DNA from: Rhynchobatus australiae
Lineage: Eukaryota
DNA: 64,000 nt
Assembly (NCBI GenBank): GCA_034780895.1
Contig: JAUZTB010000084.1
Coordinates: 9,404,670 to 9,468,669, forward strand
Direction of reading: 5' to 3'
Shown here piece after piece: positions 1 to 13,344 of this stretch. Made by a program: the position numbers and the translations under genes. Each line of letters opens with the position of its first letter. Position 1 is the first letter of the stretch. The notes beneath the pieces were generated by a model. That model saw nothing but the letters and a program-made list of their open reading frames with translations. It had not been told where the DNA came from and did not search any database.

Positions 1-6
1 CTGCAG

Positions 7-878
7 TCAATTCTGTCGCGATTGTGATCATGTCCAGAGGAAGATGCGGCCTTTCGAAATGCATCACCGTGTACTTTATAGCCATGACAGTGGCAGATCT
101 AGCGGTGATTGTCACCTACGTGAGTTTGCATCGGATTAACAACGTGTACTTTCCCATGAGTTTCCTTTTCCTCACTCCTGTGTGCTCTCTCAGACATGTC
201 CTGTATATTGTCTCCATTGACTGTTCAGTTTGGTTTACTGTCGTTTTCACATTTGATCGCTTTGTAGTAATTTGTTGTCAGAAACTCAGACGAAAGATCT
301 GCTCCCCGAAAACTGCAGCGTTTGTCATACCAGCTGTGTGTGGGGGGAGCATCTTGAAAAGCTTTCCCGCTTATTTTGGTTACAAACCTGTCTTTGTAAT
401 CGACAATCTCCCGTGGTACTGCATTGGAAAAGCGGAATTTTGGACGTCTCCCTACTGGAAGCTTTACCAACGCACCAGTAACTTTGCAACAAACTTAATA
501 CCAATCCTACTAATCTCGATGTTCAATGCTCTCACGATCAGGTACATTATTGCGGCAAATAGAGTTCGAAGGAGACTTCGATGTAACGGTGGCAATAATA
601 CTGATCAAGAGACGGAGAACCGGAGGAAATCAACTGTTTTGCTGTTCGCTGTATCTGCCATCGTCATCCTGTTGTGGATGTCCAAAGTTGTTCATACATT
701 AAACTAGCAAATGAGAAATTATAATTACACAAACAAGTATTTGAATATTCCCGAGTACATCGCTCAACAAGTCGGATTCATGCTGCAACTCCTCAGTTCC
801 TCCACTAACACGTGTATATATGGACTAACACAGAACAAGTTCAGAGAGGAGCTCAGGAACGGCATAAATTCTTCCTGA
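7..878 (+). pseudogene. GPR139/GPR142-like class A GPCR, exon 2, with premature stop (copy 1; exon 1 outside window)
   Basis: Acceptor ctgcag| at 1-6, then NSVAIVIMSRGRCGLSKCIT...FTFDRFVVIC...ENRRKSTVLLF. TAG at 705-707 aligns to Trp in the paralog (LN*QMRNY vs MNWKIQNY). The frame continues through TM7 (QQVGFMLQLLSSSTNTCIYGLTQNKFREEL) to TGA at 876-878. Confidence 0.85.
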
Positions 879-2883
879 CCCTAAATAGAAAATTAATTGT
901 AATATAAATCAAACGACAAGCTCCTGTCAACTGTATCTTTCTTCATTCTTTTCTGATGGAGTGGGCATGGAATTAGCACTTCAATGGGCAAAGATAATGC
1001 AGAGTGGTCATTCAGTGAACACGCAGGTCTTTGCTTTAGCAAAGGAGCATAAGTCAACTGGATATGAAGACTTCCGATTTGAATTGGTCTAAATCCTGTG
1101 ACAAATGAAAACATTTATCCCTGATCTCCCGGTGTAAAAAGTTGTAGTCTTCTGAACATCATTTCATTATCTGCAAATATCACATACATTAGATACACTG
1201 CTCATACGTTCTATCACATACATCACATGGACACTAAATCAGGCAACACGGCAGAATCCGCCTCTGTTCTCGAACGAAAGCAAACAACTGATGTTCAGGG
1301 GGATACTTAGAGGGAGGAGAATTATTTTAATGTTGGCGAGTTTTTTTCCCAGATCACTCTCCCAGAAAAGAGAAAGGAACAACTGGTTTCGGAGAGAATC
1401 CCTTTAACCTGAGAAAATATTCCTGAAGTTCAAGAGCAGTAATTGAGAAGTGAGATCTGGCAGATGTTTGGGACTTTCCAGAGATAAAGTATATGCAGGA
1501 CAGTTTATCACTGAATGCTTCGGTAAGAAGGTACTCCTCGAGATAAGTATGAATAGCTCGTCTCCAGTGTTAAATTAGATGGTTTCCATCAATACTTCCT
1601 CAGTGCTGTCTCGCTATATTAGTTACAGCATCGCATGAATGTACCTTTCGATTCCAACGCATTTTTTTGTTTTTCTGCATTATGCTGTTCAGACTCTCCT
1701 GGCCTCAATTTATTGTGGCTATTTACGTGGATCGACATCATATTTAGACGGCGACTTCTTTCTTGCAATACCAGGAAAATTCCTGATTATCAATCTGGAA
1801 AGCTTATTTGAGCTGGTTTTGCAAGGCCAATGCCCATTCCTCCCTCTACATGAGCGCAAATCCGTTGATCCTCAGTTCCATTTTCTGCGTGTCCCCGCAA
1901 TGCTCCCTCACATTGTTATCCCAGACTTTCAAATTGAGTTGTTTTCATCGCCTCAGTTTGTAAGCAGTTTTCCCGAGAGTTAGCGCTCGCAGAGGAGCAG
2001 ATTGTTGGCCGTTTACATGTTTCAAAAAGTTCACATAAAAACAGAAAACTAGAAATACCCAACAAGCCACACTGCATCTCACCAAAGAAAACTGGCAAAT
2101 GCTCTGACAAAGTGCCAACTTCCTGTAACATCAAATCTGATATTCTTTCCACAGTAACTGCCTGATCTTCTGAGTGTTTCCAACAGTTCTATGCTGTTTC
2201 AAATTTTAATATCTGCAGATGAATATACAAGTGTTGGAACTTCTGCTTTTCCTCCGCCCACAGAAAAGAAAGCCTACCGCAGTAGTAACCTTCGTTAAGT
2301 CTGTTCTTGCTGTTCGTCATAATGATTAATACAGTGTAATCGTTATTCAACTGTGATCTAAATATTATCCTTTATTTTCTAAATCTACTCAAACTTGGGG
2401 TTTGGTCTCATTATTAAGTTAGCATGTTGAGGTTCTCAGTATTGACATGAAGCCAGGGATAAATGCACTTGCCACTGGTTGCTGTGCTCACATGGAAACC
2501 GGTGCGTAACCTACTGGGCGCACTCCGTTCCGTTTGATTCTTCAGTCAGCAAGCGGGCTTCTCCAATTCCCTTTCATATTTCCGCACGTCCAACGTTCTG
2601 GCTTGTCAGGGCAAACGCATCTCGCCAGGTATAATTCTCACCTACATTTAAAGTGTTTTCGCTCATTTATGCGTCAGATTTCAACTCAGTGTCACGATAC
2701 GGAATGCGAGAACATGTCGACTGATTTGTCCACTATCCTGATGTTTACTTGACGCAAACTCACCAATCCCATGATTTGGCGCTGTCAGGCTTCCATTAAA
2801 ATTGTACCAATGGTTGGTGCAGCCCAGACGTTAACTCTCCAGCAAACCGATCTTTAAACAATATTATTCAATAGAATAATTAT

Positions 2884-2992
2884 GTGAGAGGAAGGGGTTA
2901 GATAGTCTTTGATGTGGTTTGAAGGGCAGCACAACATGGTGGGCCGAAGGGCCTGTATTGTGCTGTATTGTTCTCTGGGTCCATGGTTCTAT
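2884..2992 (+). mobile_element. CR1-type LINE/SINE 3' tail fragment
   Basis: gcacaacatggtgggccgaagggcctgtattgtgctgtattgttct matches the 3' tail shared by the other CR1 copies in this window. Confidence 0.7.
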
Positions 2993-3449
2993 AGAGGTTG
3001 GTAAACATGAGCGATAGTCATGACTGAGTAATGAAGGTGAAGTCCCGGATGTGGATGGCTCTGGGCGCATGTTCATATTCTTCACGACAAAAAAGAAGTA
3101 ATCACTTCGTCACGTGTTCTCCCTCGGCTGCGTCATTTAACATTATTGGAACATCCTCCGATTTTAGGTACAACACATATGACTGGAGATCATTAGAAAA
3201 ACAACGTCACAGTCACAATGAAAAATCAAGTGTTTAACACACAGAATTGATCATATATCTCCCAGCCATGAAACCTCTTTACAGATCGTCAGAACGGAAA
3301 CAGAAAATTCCTACCGTTTAGTATCTTTAGTGCATCAGAACTCTTGCTCGAATTAAATGGCATTTACCAACGGTCTTCCCGCCTGCCCAGTTCCTGCAAT
3401 CTTCAGATTCCTTTCTCGCTTCCAACCACATGGCCGATTGGTATCGGTT

Positions 3450-4532
3450 TCCTATCGTTACAAACACCAAGATACAGTCCAAAAGTTCGTTTTTCGTGCC
3501 ATTAATATAGAATACTTCAAATTAGGTATGCTAGTGAAAGGAAAAAGCAAGAACAGATTGACAAATATACTGTTACGATTATAATTACAAAGCAAGTGCA
3601 GTGCAGGTTGACAATAACGTGCAAGGGCCATGGCGAAGGTGATTGACAGGACAAGAGTTCAAATCTATCGTCCAAGAGGTCTATTCAAGAGTCTTATAAT
3701 AGCGGAATGGAAGCTGTCCTTGAGCATAGTCGTGCGTACTTGCATACATTTGTATCTTCTGCCCGATGAAAGAGGGGAGAAGGGAGAGAGTGTTCAGTGT
3801 GAGAAGGGTCAGTGATTATGCTGGGTGCTTTACTGAGGCAGGGAGAACTAGAACGAGTCCATGGACGGGAAGCTTATTTGCCTGATAGACTTATCTGTGT
3901 CGACAACTCTCTGCAATGTCTTGCTCTCTTGGGCAGAGCAGTTGCCATTGCTGCTGTACATATGGATAGGATGCCTTCTTTGGAGGTATCTATTAAAAAA
4001 ATTGTTAGCGTCAACGGAGACTTGCCGAATTTATTTGGCCTCCTGAGTGCTTGTGTGTTTTCTCGGCCACAGCGTCTCCTTGGTGGTACCATGAGCAGCT
4101 ACTGCAAAGGTATAATCCAGGAATTTGCAGGTCTCAACCATCTCCACCACAGCACCATTGATACATACAGGGAACTGTGCGCCTCCCTGCTTCTTGAAGT
4201 GAACGTCCAGCACTTTTGTTTTACTGACATTGAAGGAAAGGTTCTTGACTTGACACAATACCTCAATGCTGTCCATCTCCTTTACGTACTCCATCTCGCC
4301 ATTATTTGAGATCTGAGCCACTACTGTGAAGTCCTTTCCGAACTTGTGGTGGAATTAAAGCATATGCGGGCCACTCAGTCATGAGTAGGAAGGGTGTAGA
4401 GTGGGGGGCTGAAGATGCAGCCTTGCGTGACTTCACTGTTGAGGATAATGGTGGAGGATGTGTCGCTGCCTGTCGTCACTGGTTGTGGTCTTTTGGTCAG
4501 GAAGTCAACGATTCAGCTGCAAAATGAGCTGC
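3450..4532 (-). mobile_element. Rex1/Babar-like LINE, 3' part, decayed
   Basis: Minus frame gives LSFNVSKTKVLDVHFKK..PVCINGAVVEMVETCKFL, a typical Rex RT C-terminal region. The 3' UTR resembles the other Rex copies. Confidence 0.75.
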
Positions 4533-4632
4533 NNNNNNNNNNNNNNNNNNNNNNNNNNNNNNNNNNNNNNNNNNNNNNNNNNNNNNNNNNNNNNNNNNNN
4601 NNNNNNNNNNNNNNNNNNNNNNNNNNNNNNNN

Positions 4633-4688
4633 CTTCCCTTCCCTTCCCTTCCCTTCCCTTCCCTTCCCTTCCCTTCCCTTCCCTTCCC
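4633..4688. repeat. (CTTCC)n microsatellite
   Basis: Seen directly, next to a gap. Confidence 0.95.
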
Positions 4689-5134
4689 ATTTCCCAGGAA
4701 AAAAAAACGAACAAAAAGCAAGCGAACGGATTCTATCCCCGCCTTAACCGCCAAAATGCATTCCATTTCTCAATTTCAGATTCTTAATGCGCAACGCCTA
4801 CTGTTACAAATTACATTTTATTTGAAGGTGACTATTCCTGTTTTAAAACTACCGATTATTGATGAAGATCGAATATATGCAAAACTATAAAGAATTGTTA
4901 GATTTGAACAGCTACAGCTCAAATGTTGTCGAAGAAACGAAATGTGCAGCTTATCCTTTGAAAAAGTGAACGCACAATTAAAAATAATTGATTTTGTCCT
5001 TTCCTCCGGGAGTTAACTTCATTGCACGGTGACACAATGCTTGAAAATAGTTCAGCCGAATTGTGTGTTCAGTGTCTGTGACTGGTGGGACTCAGGAGGT
5101 GCTCACATTAATTGACAGTATACATTTCCTCTTC

Positions 5135-5142
5135 TATATAAG
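5135..5142 (+). promoter_or_regulatory. TATA box of the intact GPCR gene
   Basis: TATATAAG about 80 nt upstream of the ATG at 5217. Confidence 0.55.
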
Positions 5143-5216
5143 AGCTTTCGAACCGAGCAGCAGTACATGTTGGCAATTGGAACATTCTGAGCCACTAATT
5201 GCTGCATCACACGAAA

Positions 5217-7132
5217 ATGGATTACCCAGCAATTTACTACATAGCGAGCATTTTCTATCCTGTACTTGCAGCGGTTGGGATCCCTGGTACGGTAATGGAA
5301 CTGACTGTTATGTGTGCTCTTTCTTCTTCTTGTTGCACCTGCTTCACTGCAGAATAGACGCCCTGACCCCATCACAGATGCTCCATTGTCTGCTGAGCTT
5401 CTTCAGGTTGTTCAAGTTTAACATGCTGTTTTCAGGATTTGTTCATTTTTTTTTCCATCTGGATCTTTTGTCAATGACATCGATTGAGTTAGCGTTGATA
5501 TTGACATTGTTCTAGCATTTTATCTTCCTTGACTTTACAAAGCATTAGCAATCTCTATTGTTCTCAGTCTGATTCTGCATCAACACAGAAACTTGAAGAT
5601 TTACAACAGAGAAAACCTTTTCCGTCGCCACAGTTTTACCAGCAGTTTCACGGTTTACTTCCGACATGTAGGTCGTTTTGCTTCACCGTGAAACAGCATA
5701 TGAGAACTCCTTTTCCATAAATCTGTTCAAATATCTTTTCAATTACAACAGCAACGCGAAAAATGTGATTTTTCCCCTTTTTGACCTTCTTTCTCCACCT
5801 TTAACTTTAAATCCACGGCTCTTCTCCCCAAATACGTTATGTCTGGAAATAATCTTTCTGACTCCATTTTATGCGCCCATCAATGCTCGTTTCAGCATTC
5901 TCAGACCCCACCAGAGCAAAAACTTCAGGACTGTGTTGATCCGCCGCTCACCGTTAAGTATGTCGTTTGCGTCAGGGTCCCCGCTGTAATCTGCTGGAGA
6001 TTTGCCGTCGCAATTGTGTCCGCGGTTGTACTCCAACTGGAGTACAGCCGCGGAGCCCAGGTGGTCTGAATTTCCTCACTCAGATTCTAAGCCAGCCTCA
6101 ACCTACAGAGAAGCAGATGAATGGGAGCATTTCAGCATGGTGCAGCGCAGCGTTCGGTATGGAATCCAAGTCAAAGTGTCTTGGTCTGGTGCACTTGCAA
6201 CTTATTTTTTTTTCTTTTTCTTCTTCCTTGCAGTTAATTTAGTGGCAATTGTGATCCTGTCTCGGGGAAAGTGCGGACTCTCCAAATGCATCACCCGTTA
6301 CCTCGTGGCCATGGCAACAGCTGATCTACTGAATGTTGTCATTGCTGTTTTATTGGAGCAGGTCAATAATATTTATGTTTATGCCACTGCTTTGCTCATT
6401 ACACCGATTTGCAGCGTGACACTTGTTCTGAGGATCGCAACCATGGATATTTCTGTTTGGCTCACGGTGGCTTTTACATTCGATCGCTGTATTTCAATTT
6501 GCAGTCAAAAGCTGCGGGAACGATATTGCACAGAGAGAATAGCGACTGTGGTGATTGTAGTTGTGGGTGTTGGGTGCTCTGCGAGGTCTGTTCCATATTA
6601 CTTTACAGTGGAGCCTTACATTATCATTGACAACGTGCCCTGGCATTGCATTAGCAACGCTGAATATCTTACTTCACCAGTGTGGAAAGCATACCAGGTG
6701 TTTTGCATTATCGCTCTGCCTTTATTACCAATCGGTGCAATTCTAGTGTTCAATGCTTTAACAGTCAGACATATTATAGCGGCAAATAGAGTCCGACGGG
6801 GACTCCGAAACAGCAGCGAGAATCGGAAAGATCCAGAGGTGGAGAACCGGAGAAAATCCATGATATTATTGTTCGCTCTCTCCGCAAATTTCATATTGTT
6901 GTGGGTACCGATTGTCGTGTTTTATATGAACTGGAAAATTCAAAATTATTTTTACCTCGACAAATATTACAGTACCCCGACATATATCCTGCAACAGTGT
7001 GGGTTCATGCTGCAATGTCTCTGCACCTGCACCAACACGTGCATCTATACACTGTCACAGAGGAAATTCAGAGAGGAGCTGGAGAATGGAGTGAAACGTT
7101 TGGTCACATTAAATGGGTGGCTTTGTAGATAA
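5217..7132 (+). CDS. Intact GPR139/GPR142-like orphan GPCR (copy 2); exons 5217-5286 and 6234-7132; 322 aa
   Basis: Exon 1 reads MDYPAIYYIASIFYPVLAAVGIP with phase-1 donor g|gtacgg. Exon 2 follows a polypyrimidine tract and cag|: VNLVAIVILSRGKCGLSKC...FTFDRC...NTCIYTLSQRKFREEL. The 969 nt are in frame and encode seven hydrophobic segments. AATAAA overlaps the stop. Confidence 0.9.
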
Positions 7133-7796
7133 TAAAACAACTGTAGTAACTTTCGTTGAAAGTTCAAGTAAATGCTCTGAAAGATTCGGAGATTTGGTAA
7201 ATGAACCATTAATCCATACAGCAAAGTGCGTGAACGTCAGTAGCGTATTCGTTCCAGAAGAGGCAGCGGAATTAATTTAGTTAATAGGAGAAACGATTAA
7301 CGAATTAAATGCCAGTATTGTGATTGTTTCATGCTTAGAATTATCTATGAAATCATTGGAATAATGCCAGAATTTGTCCAGCAATTTAGGTGCCGGCGAT
7401 ATGATTGTTTCCTTGGAGATTTACAGTATATTCCAAATCACTCGATAATCCATCCCTGGAACATCAGTGCACATCCTTGGTTGGAACTGGAGACATTTAG
7501 CATAAATAAAACAGTGCAACACTGGTCAGGACATTTGACCCATTTTGGCGCCAATCTTGATGGCAGCTTATACAAAATGCCCTTTTCTTGTGTGTCATCC
7601 ATATCCCACATTCCCTCATAATCATGTCTATATAAACGCCTCCTAAACCATAGTACCATAGAACAATACAGCACAATAAGGCGNNNNNNNNNNNNNNNNN
7701 NNNNNNNNNNNNNNNNNNNNNNNNNNNNNNNNNNNNNNNNNNNNNNNNNNNNNNNNNNNNNNNNNNNNNNNNNNNNNNNNNNNCTCTTCCTTGCAG

Positions 7797-8675
7797 TTAA
7801 TTTCATGGCAATTGTGATCCTGTCTAAGGGAAAGTGCGGACTCTCCAAATGTATTACCCGTTACCTAGTTGGCATGGCAACAGCTGATTTTATGAGTGTT
7901 GTCATTGCTGTTTTATTGGAGCAGGTCAATAATATTTATGTTTATTCTCGTTCTTTGCTCATTACTCCGATTTGCGCCGTGACCCTTGTTCTGAGGATCG
8001 CAACCATGGACACTTCTGTTTGGCTCACGGTGGCTTTTACTTTCGATCGTTGTATTTCAATTTGCTGTCAAAAGCTGCGGGAACGATATTTCAGTGATTG
8101 CAGTGGTGGGTGTTGGGAGCTGTGCGAGGTCTGCTCCATATTACTTTTCAGTGGAGCCTTACATGATCATTGACAACGTGCCCTGGCGCTGTATTAGCAA
8201 CTCTGAATATCTTACTTCGCCAGTGTGGAAAGCATACCAGGTGTTTTACAGTACCACTATGCCTTTATTGCCAATCGGTTTAATTCTATTGTTCAATATT
8301 TTAACTGTCAGACATATTATAGCGGCAAATGCAGTCCGACGGGGACTCCGAAACAGCAGCGAGAATCGGAAAGATCCGGAGGTGGAGAACCGGAGAAAAT
8401 CCATGATATTATTGTTCGCTCTATCCGCAAATTTCATATTGCTGTGGATTCCTATTGTCGTGTTTCATGTGAACTGGAAGGTTCAAAATTATTTTTACCT
8501 CGACAAATATTACAGTACCCCGACATATATCCTGCAACAGTTTGGGTTCATGCTGCAATGTCTCTGCACCTGTACCAACACGTGCATCTACACACTGTCA
8601 CAGAAGAAATTCAGAGAGCAGCTGGAGAATGGAGTGAAACGTTTGGTCACATTAAATGGGCGGCTTTGTAGATAA
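7797..8675 (+). pseudogene. GPR139-like GPCR exon 2 with 20-nt frameshifting deletion (copy 3)
   Basis: Acceptor ttgcag| at 7791-7796. Close homolog of 6234-7132 (879 vs 899 nt). The deletion at ~8091 splits it into ORFs 7805-8173 and 8094-8675. The 3' flank 8676-9190 is homologous to 7133-7650. Confidence 0.85.
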
Positions 8676-9039
8676 TAAAACAACTGTAACGTTTGTTGAG
8701 AGTTCAAGTCAATGTTCTGAAAGATTCGTAGGTTTTGTAAATAAGTCATAAATCCACACAGCGAAGTGCGTGAACATCAGAAGCGTGTTGTTTCCAGCAG
8801 AGGCAGCAAAATTAATGTAGTTAATAGGAGAAACGAGTTAAATAATTAAATGCTGGTGTTGTGATTATTTCATTCTTATAATTATCTATCAAATCATTGG
8901 ATTAATGCCAGAATATGTCCAGCAATTTAGGTGCCGGCGATATGATTGTTTCCTTGGGAGATTTACATTATATTCCAAATCACTCGATTATCCATCCCTG
9001 GAATATGAGTGCACATCTTTGGTTGCAACTGGAGATATT

Positions 9040-9725
9040 TAGCATAAAAAGAACAGTGCAGCACTGGTCAGGACATTTGGCCATTTTCTGTGCCAATCTG
9101 GATGCCAGCTGATACTAAATGTCCTTTCCTTGTGTATCATCCATATCCCTCATTCCCTTCATAATGATGTGTATATGAACGCCTCCTAAACTCAACTAAA
9201 CTGCCTGTTTCCACTGCAAACCCTGAAAACCAATTCCAGGACCTACTACTCTCTGTGTAAAACACTTCCATTTCACGTTGCCTTGAACCTCCCCCCATCT
9301 CATCTAAAAAGCGTGTCCTCTGGTCATTGAGATTTCTATCCTGGGGAAATGATTCTGACTGTGTACCATATCTATGCCTCTCAGTTTAAAAAAAAGCATT
9401 ATCAGTTCTCCTCTCAGTCTCCGGAGATCTCGGGAGAGCAATCTATGTCTGTCCATATTTTTTTTCTTATTCCTCATACACGATAATTGATGCAGCATCC
9501 CGATAAACCTATTCCGGACCCTTTCCACAGTCTCCGCATCTTTCCGATAATGGAAAGAACAGAACTTTACACAACACTCCAAGTGCGGCCTGACGAAAGT
9601 TTAATATAGGTGCAGCATGAGTTCCTCACGATTGTACTGAATAGACCTACCAATGAAGGCGAGCGTGCAATCCATCTTCTTTCCGATCTTATCCACTTGC
9701 CTAGCCATTTTCAGTAAACTTTGGA
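9040..9725 (-). mobile_element. CR1 LINE 3' fragment
   Basis: Minus ORF ECCVKFCSFHYRKDAETVERVRNRFIGML...RRLRGELI is a CR1 RT C-terminus. Confidence 0.8.
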
Positions 9726-10189
9726 CTTGTAAGCAAGATTACAATTAAATTTAATGTGGAAGGAAATCTGGTGCCAGATAAAGTGATCCGGAATATTTCG
9801 AATAAACATAGTAGAGAAAAATATATTGGCTCATACTGAGAAAGTAAAGGGTTAACAACTGTAAACATACCTATAAATGATAGAGAAAAAATACCTCGCA
9901 AGCAAAGAGCACGCAGACTGCTGACTCAATGGACAAGGAGTAACTTGTTTTGCCTGGGATCTTGGTCAGTCCCGTTANNNNNNNNNNNNNNNNNNNNNNN
10001 NNNNNNNNNNNNNNNNNNNNNNNNNNNNNNNNNNNNNNNNNNNNNNNNNNNNNNNNNNNNNNNNNNNNNNNNNNNNNATTTAAATATATTTATATATTTT
10101 TCTATATAATGACGCAATATACCGGAATTTACATATGCTTATAAAGAGTAGAACCACTAGGTTCCGCCCCAATATAATCTACAGCTGAT

Positions 10190-11855
10190 TCTCGAGAAAG
10201 GGTCCTAACAGAGGGCAGATGGATTTCGACAGTGAAAAACAGGACCTGAAACGGATTGTTCGGAAAAAAACTGCCAGAGGGTCGAACACGGTCAGATGAG
10301 ATGAGAGCGTTTAAAATCGTGATCGTAAGAGTTCGGAGATAGCATGTCTCTTAGGGTATGAGAGGATGATGGTAATTTTACTAAACTCATAAGAATAAGG
10401 GACATTCAAGGTTTGATCAGGGACAAATAGAGAAATATGTCTGACAGCGGAAATTTTTATCCATCGAGTCACTTGGGGTTTATTCGGGCTCCAGGAGAAA
10501 ACACATTGGGAGTGAAAAGCACGCATGAAATTACGTTGGCTGTTGGTATTGACGGAAACACTGGACCTTTTATGTGTGTTAGAAGTAAGACAGTAAGGAA
10601 TATGACCCCGCAGGGACAGGAGGTTGAATCTATGCGTGGGGTCAAAATATTCACCAGGGATAAGAACCTAGAGGCTGAAGCGTTAAGGCAGCGGGTATGC
10701 TTATATTCTGGAGCATGTCTGAATCATGACGGAAGAAGTACTAGAAATATTAGAACGCATACCGATAGACAAGTTCCCAGTGCCGGATGTTAGAGAAGCA
10801 TTGGTGTAGATCTCAGGCACGCTACCGGTTACTTTTGCTCTTATTTATCCATCGGTAAGGGAACAGGAGACTGAAGGATAGCAAGTAATTCCACTTGCTC
10901 GGCAACGTCTTTGGAGCTAAGCCGAGAAATTGCACGCCGGCGAGCCTTATTATAGTGCACGGATGTTGTTGGAGAAGATTATGAGGGAAGGACTGATATT
11001 CACTCGAAATGGCGAGGACTGATTAGGAGGAGTATGCGTGGTTTTGTGAAAGAGAGTTCACAAAAACCTGTTTGAGTTTTATTCCGAAGGTAACTAAGGA
11101 GCTGATGAAGTCAGGGCTCCAGATGTTGCTTATGTAGACTTTCTTCAGGTAGTTGACAAAATCCCGCTAAGCAAGCTGATCTAGAAGTTTCGAAGAACGA
11201 ACTTGAAGCGTGCTGGCGAATTGAATACACCATTAATTTCTTCACAGGAGGCAATGGAGAGTGGTGGATGTGTTTTTATTTCTGACTGGAAACCAGTAAA
11301 ACGTGATGTGCTGCAGGGATGGGATCTCTTTGACTTGAATAAGAATTAGCGGGTAAGATAAGTCACAGAAATGTGGAGTAAATGGAAAGGACCTGATGAG
11401 CGTTGATGTACAGAGGGAGTTCAAGAACGTAGCTACCTGAAAGCAGCTTGTAATTTGTCATTACTGCCTTCATTAACAGAGGAATTGAGTTGAAGAGTTG
11501 GGACGATATGTTGCTGTTCATTACCGCATTTAACGGAACTTCAGATTTTGTATGCAATCCCAGACGCCACGCCACAGGAAGGATGTGGTAACATTGGAGC
11601 TAACTGCAAAGCGGATTCATAGGGATTCCGCTGGAGTGGCGTGCTGCATTTGGAAGGAGAGATTGTATTTGTTGGCATTAATCCCATTGGAAATGAAGGA
11701 TCTTGATTGGTGAATTAATATCGTTGACAAAATTATGAGCGCATGGATGCTGTATCTAGTTAATATCATCTTTCTCCAAAGCACAGAAATCTAGAATCAG
11801 GTGGTACAGATTTAACGTGGGAGGGATGTATTTTTTTTAAATCTGAGGTGTCCAG
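10190..11855 (+). mobile_element. CR1 LINE ORF2, heavily decayed
   Basis: Remnants of the GLIRxSQHGFV, DFxKxFDK and IELKSWDxML motifs. Confidence 0.7.
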
Positions 11856-12252
11856 NNNNNNNNNNNNNNNNNNNNNNNNNNNNNNNNNNNNNNNNNNNNN
11901 NNNNNNNNNNNNNNNNNNNNNNNNNNNNNNNNNNNNNNNNNNNNNNNNNNNNNNNATCATGATGGGGTATTGTGATTCCAAGTATGATCTAACACAATAT
12001 ATTTTGTAGCATTTTATCTTTTTTTTCTGTTTTATGTGCTCCGTATTTTCCATGTCGAATCGATAAAAATATTGTTAAATATATTCAGCGGATGAGACTG
12101 CCCACCTTGCCGCCAGAAACAGGAGAAAGAATTTCTGCTATTCAGCAACTTCAGCTGTCACACACTGACAGGGCCAGGCCGCTAAGACCCCACACTCCAG
12201 CCACTTCACAGGCAGATCATTAGCCAGTCCTGTGGCTCACCACACAGCTTCC

Positions 12253-12674
12253 TGTCATGGTTCTGAGTTCTGGCCCTCATTTGGCTCCATTAGTGCCTTG
12301 TTGTCTAGTACATGGATTCCATGCTGGACTAGTACATGGATTCCATGCTGGACTGATAACATAACAATACACACCTGAGCCCCATTAGGGGCTTGCATAA
12401 GTACCTGCGTTTCTCTGGCACTAGTTGCCAGAGTATTGGTCTACCTTTGGGTCGGCTTTGGCTCCTAGTTGCTGAGAGTGGTTTACTGTAGAGCAGTTCT
12501 GTGTTCTCTATTCTTTTGTGAAGATCCAGTTCGTGTTGGGATTCCTCTTCTGATCTATGAGGCAAGATTCCTTCCAGTTGCTGACTGTGTCTGTCCTGAG
12601 GAAGTATCCTGACTCCAGTCTTGCATCGGTGTGCCGCATTTGGGTTCTCTGGGAGTTTGCTCAACATTGTGACA
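12253..12674 (+). mobile_element. Solo LTR (Gypsy/chromovirus family) with 5-bp TSD
   Basis: TGTCA...TGACA termini, CTTCC on both flanks (12248-12252 and 12675-12679). Homologous to the LTR at 30445-30840. Confidence 0.85.
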
Positions 12675-13344
12675 CTTCCTGTGTTAAAACAAAAGTAGCA
12701 CACACAGCGTGTTATTCCTGGAACACTGACCAAACATATACCTCAGTTACTTTGTGCTGTTCTTCAGTCAGCACCCTGACTCATGAAGCACCCCTAATCG
12801 TTTGCATCGGAGGAACAGATCGATAATCTGTTCCGTCCTATGTCACAGAAGGGAGGAGCGTCTCTGTCGCTGGACAACTGCAGCTCAACCAACTCAATCT
12901 GGTCAAATAGTGGTTATTCTGTTATAGGGAGGAGAGAGAATACGCGTCCCCATCCTGGCAGATCACGCGTTTAAACAACCAAGATTATCAAGCAAAGGAC
13001 GTATAAAAATCGTTCCACCCCGACCCGGTAATATTGTGGGTGTGTAGCTGCCCCCTCTTCTCCTCAGGGCGCAGGTTGAGCCGTTGGTTTTCTGTCCCTC
13101 GGTTTGTCTGTCCCTGACGCTCACCTTGTCTCATTTCCATTGACAACCCTGAGTTTGGGTCCTTCCTGAGATGGTATTTGTGTAAGTCACTCCTGTAACC
13201 ATATTCAAAGCCTTCTGGTGCAATGTGTACAAATGCAATCATTTCTGACCAAAGGGAGGAACGTTATAATCCGATCCATAGCTGCATTAAATGCACAAAT
13301 AGCGGCACTTCAATGTTAACATTTTTTCATTGAGAAATTGTTTA

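Noticed and set aside
1639-1983. 114-aa hydrophobic ORF
   Set aside because: No recognisable motif or splice context.
6002-6233. N-terminal 77 aa of the 376-aa ORF
   Set aside because: This is intron. The poly-Phe run is the polypyrimidine tract, and the real N-terminus is exon 5217-5286.
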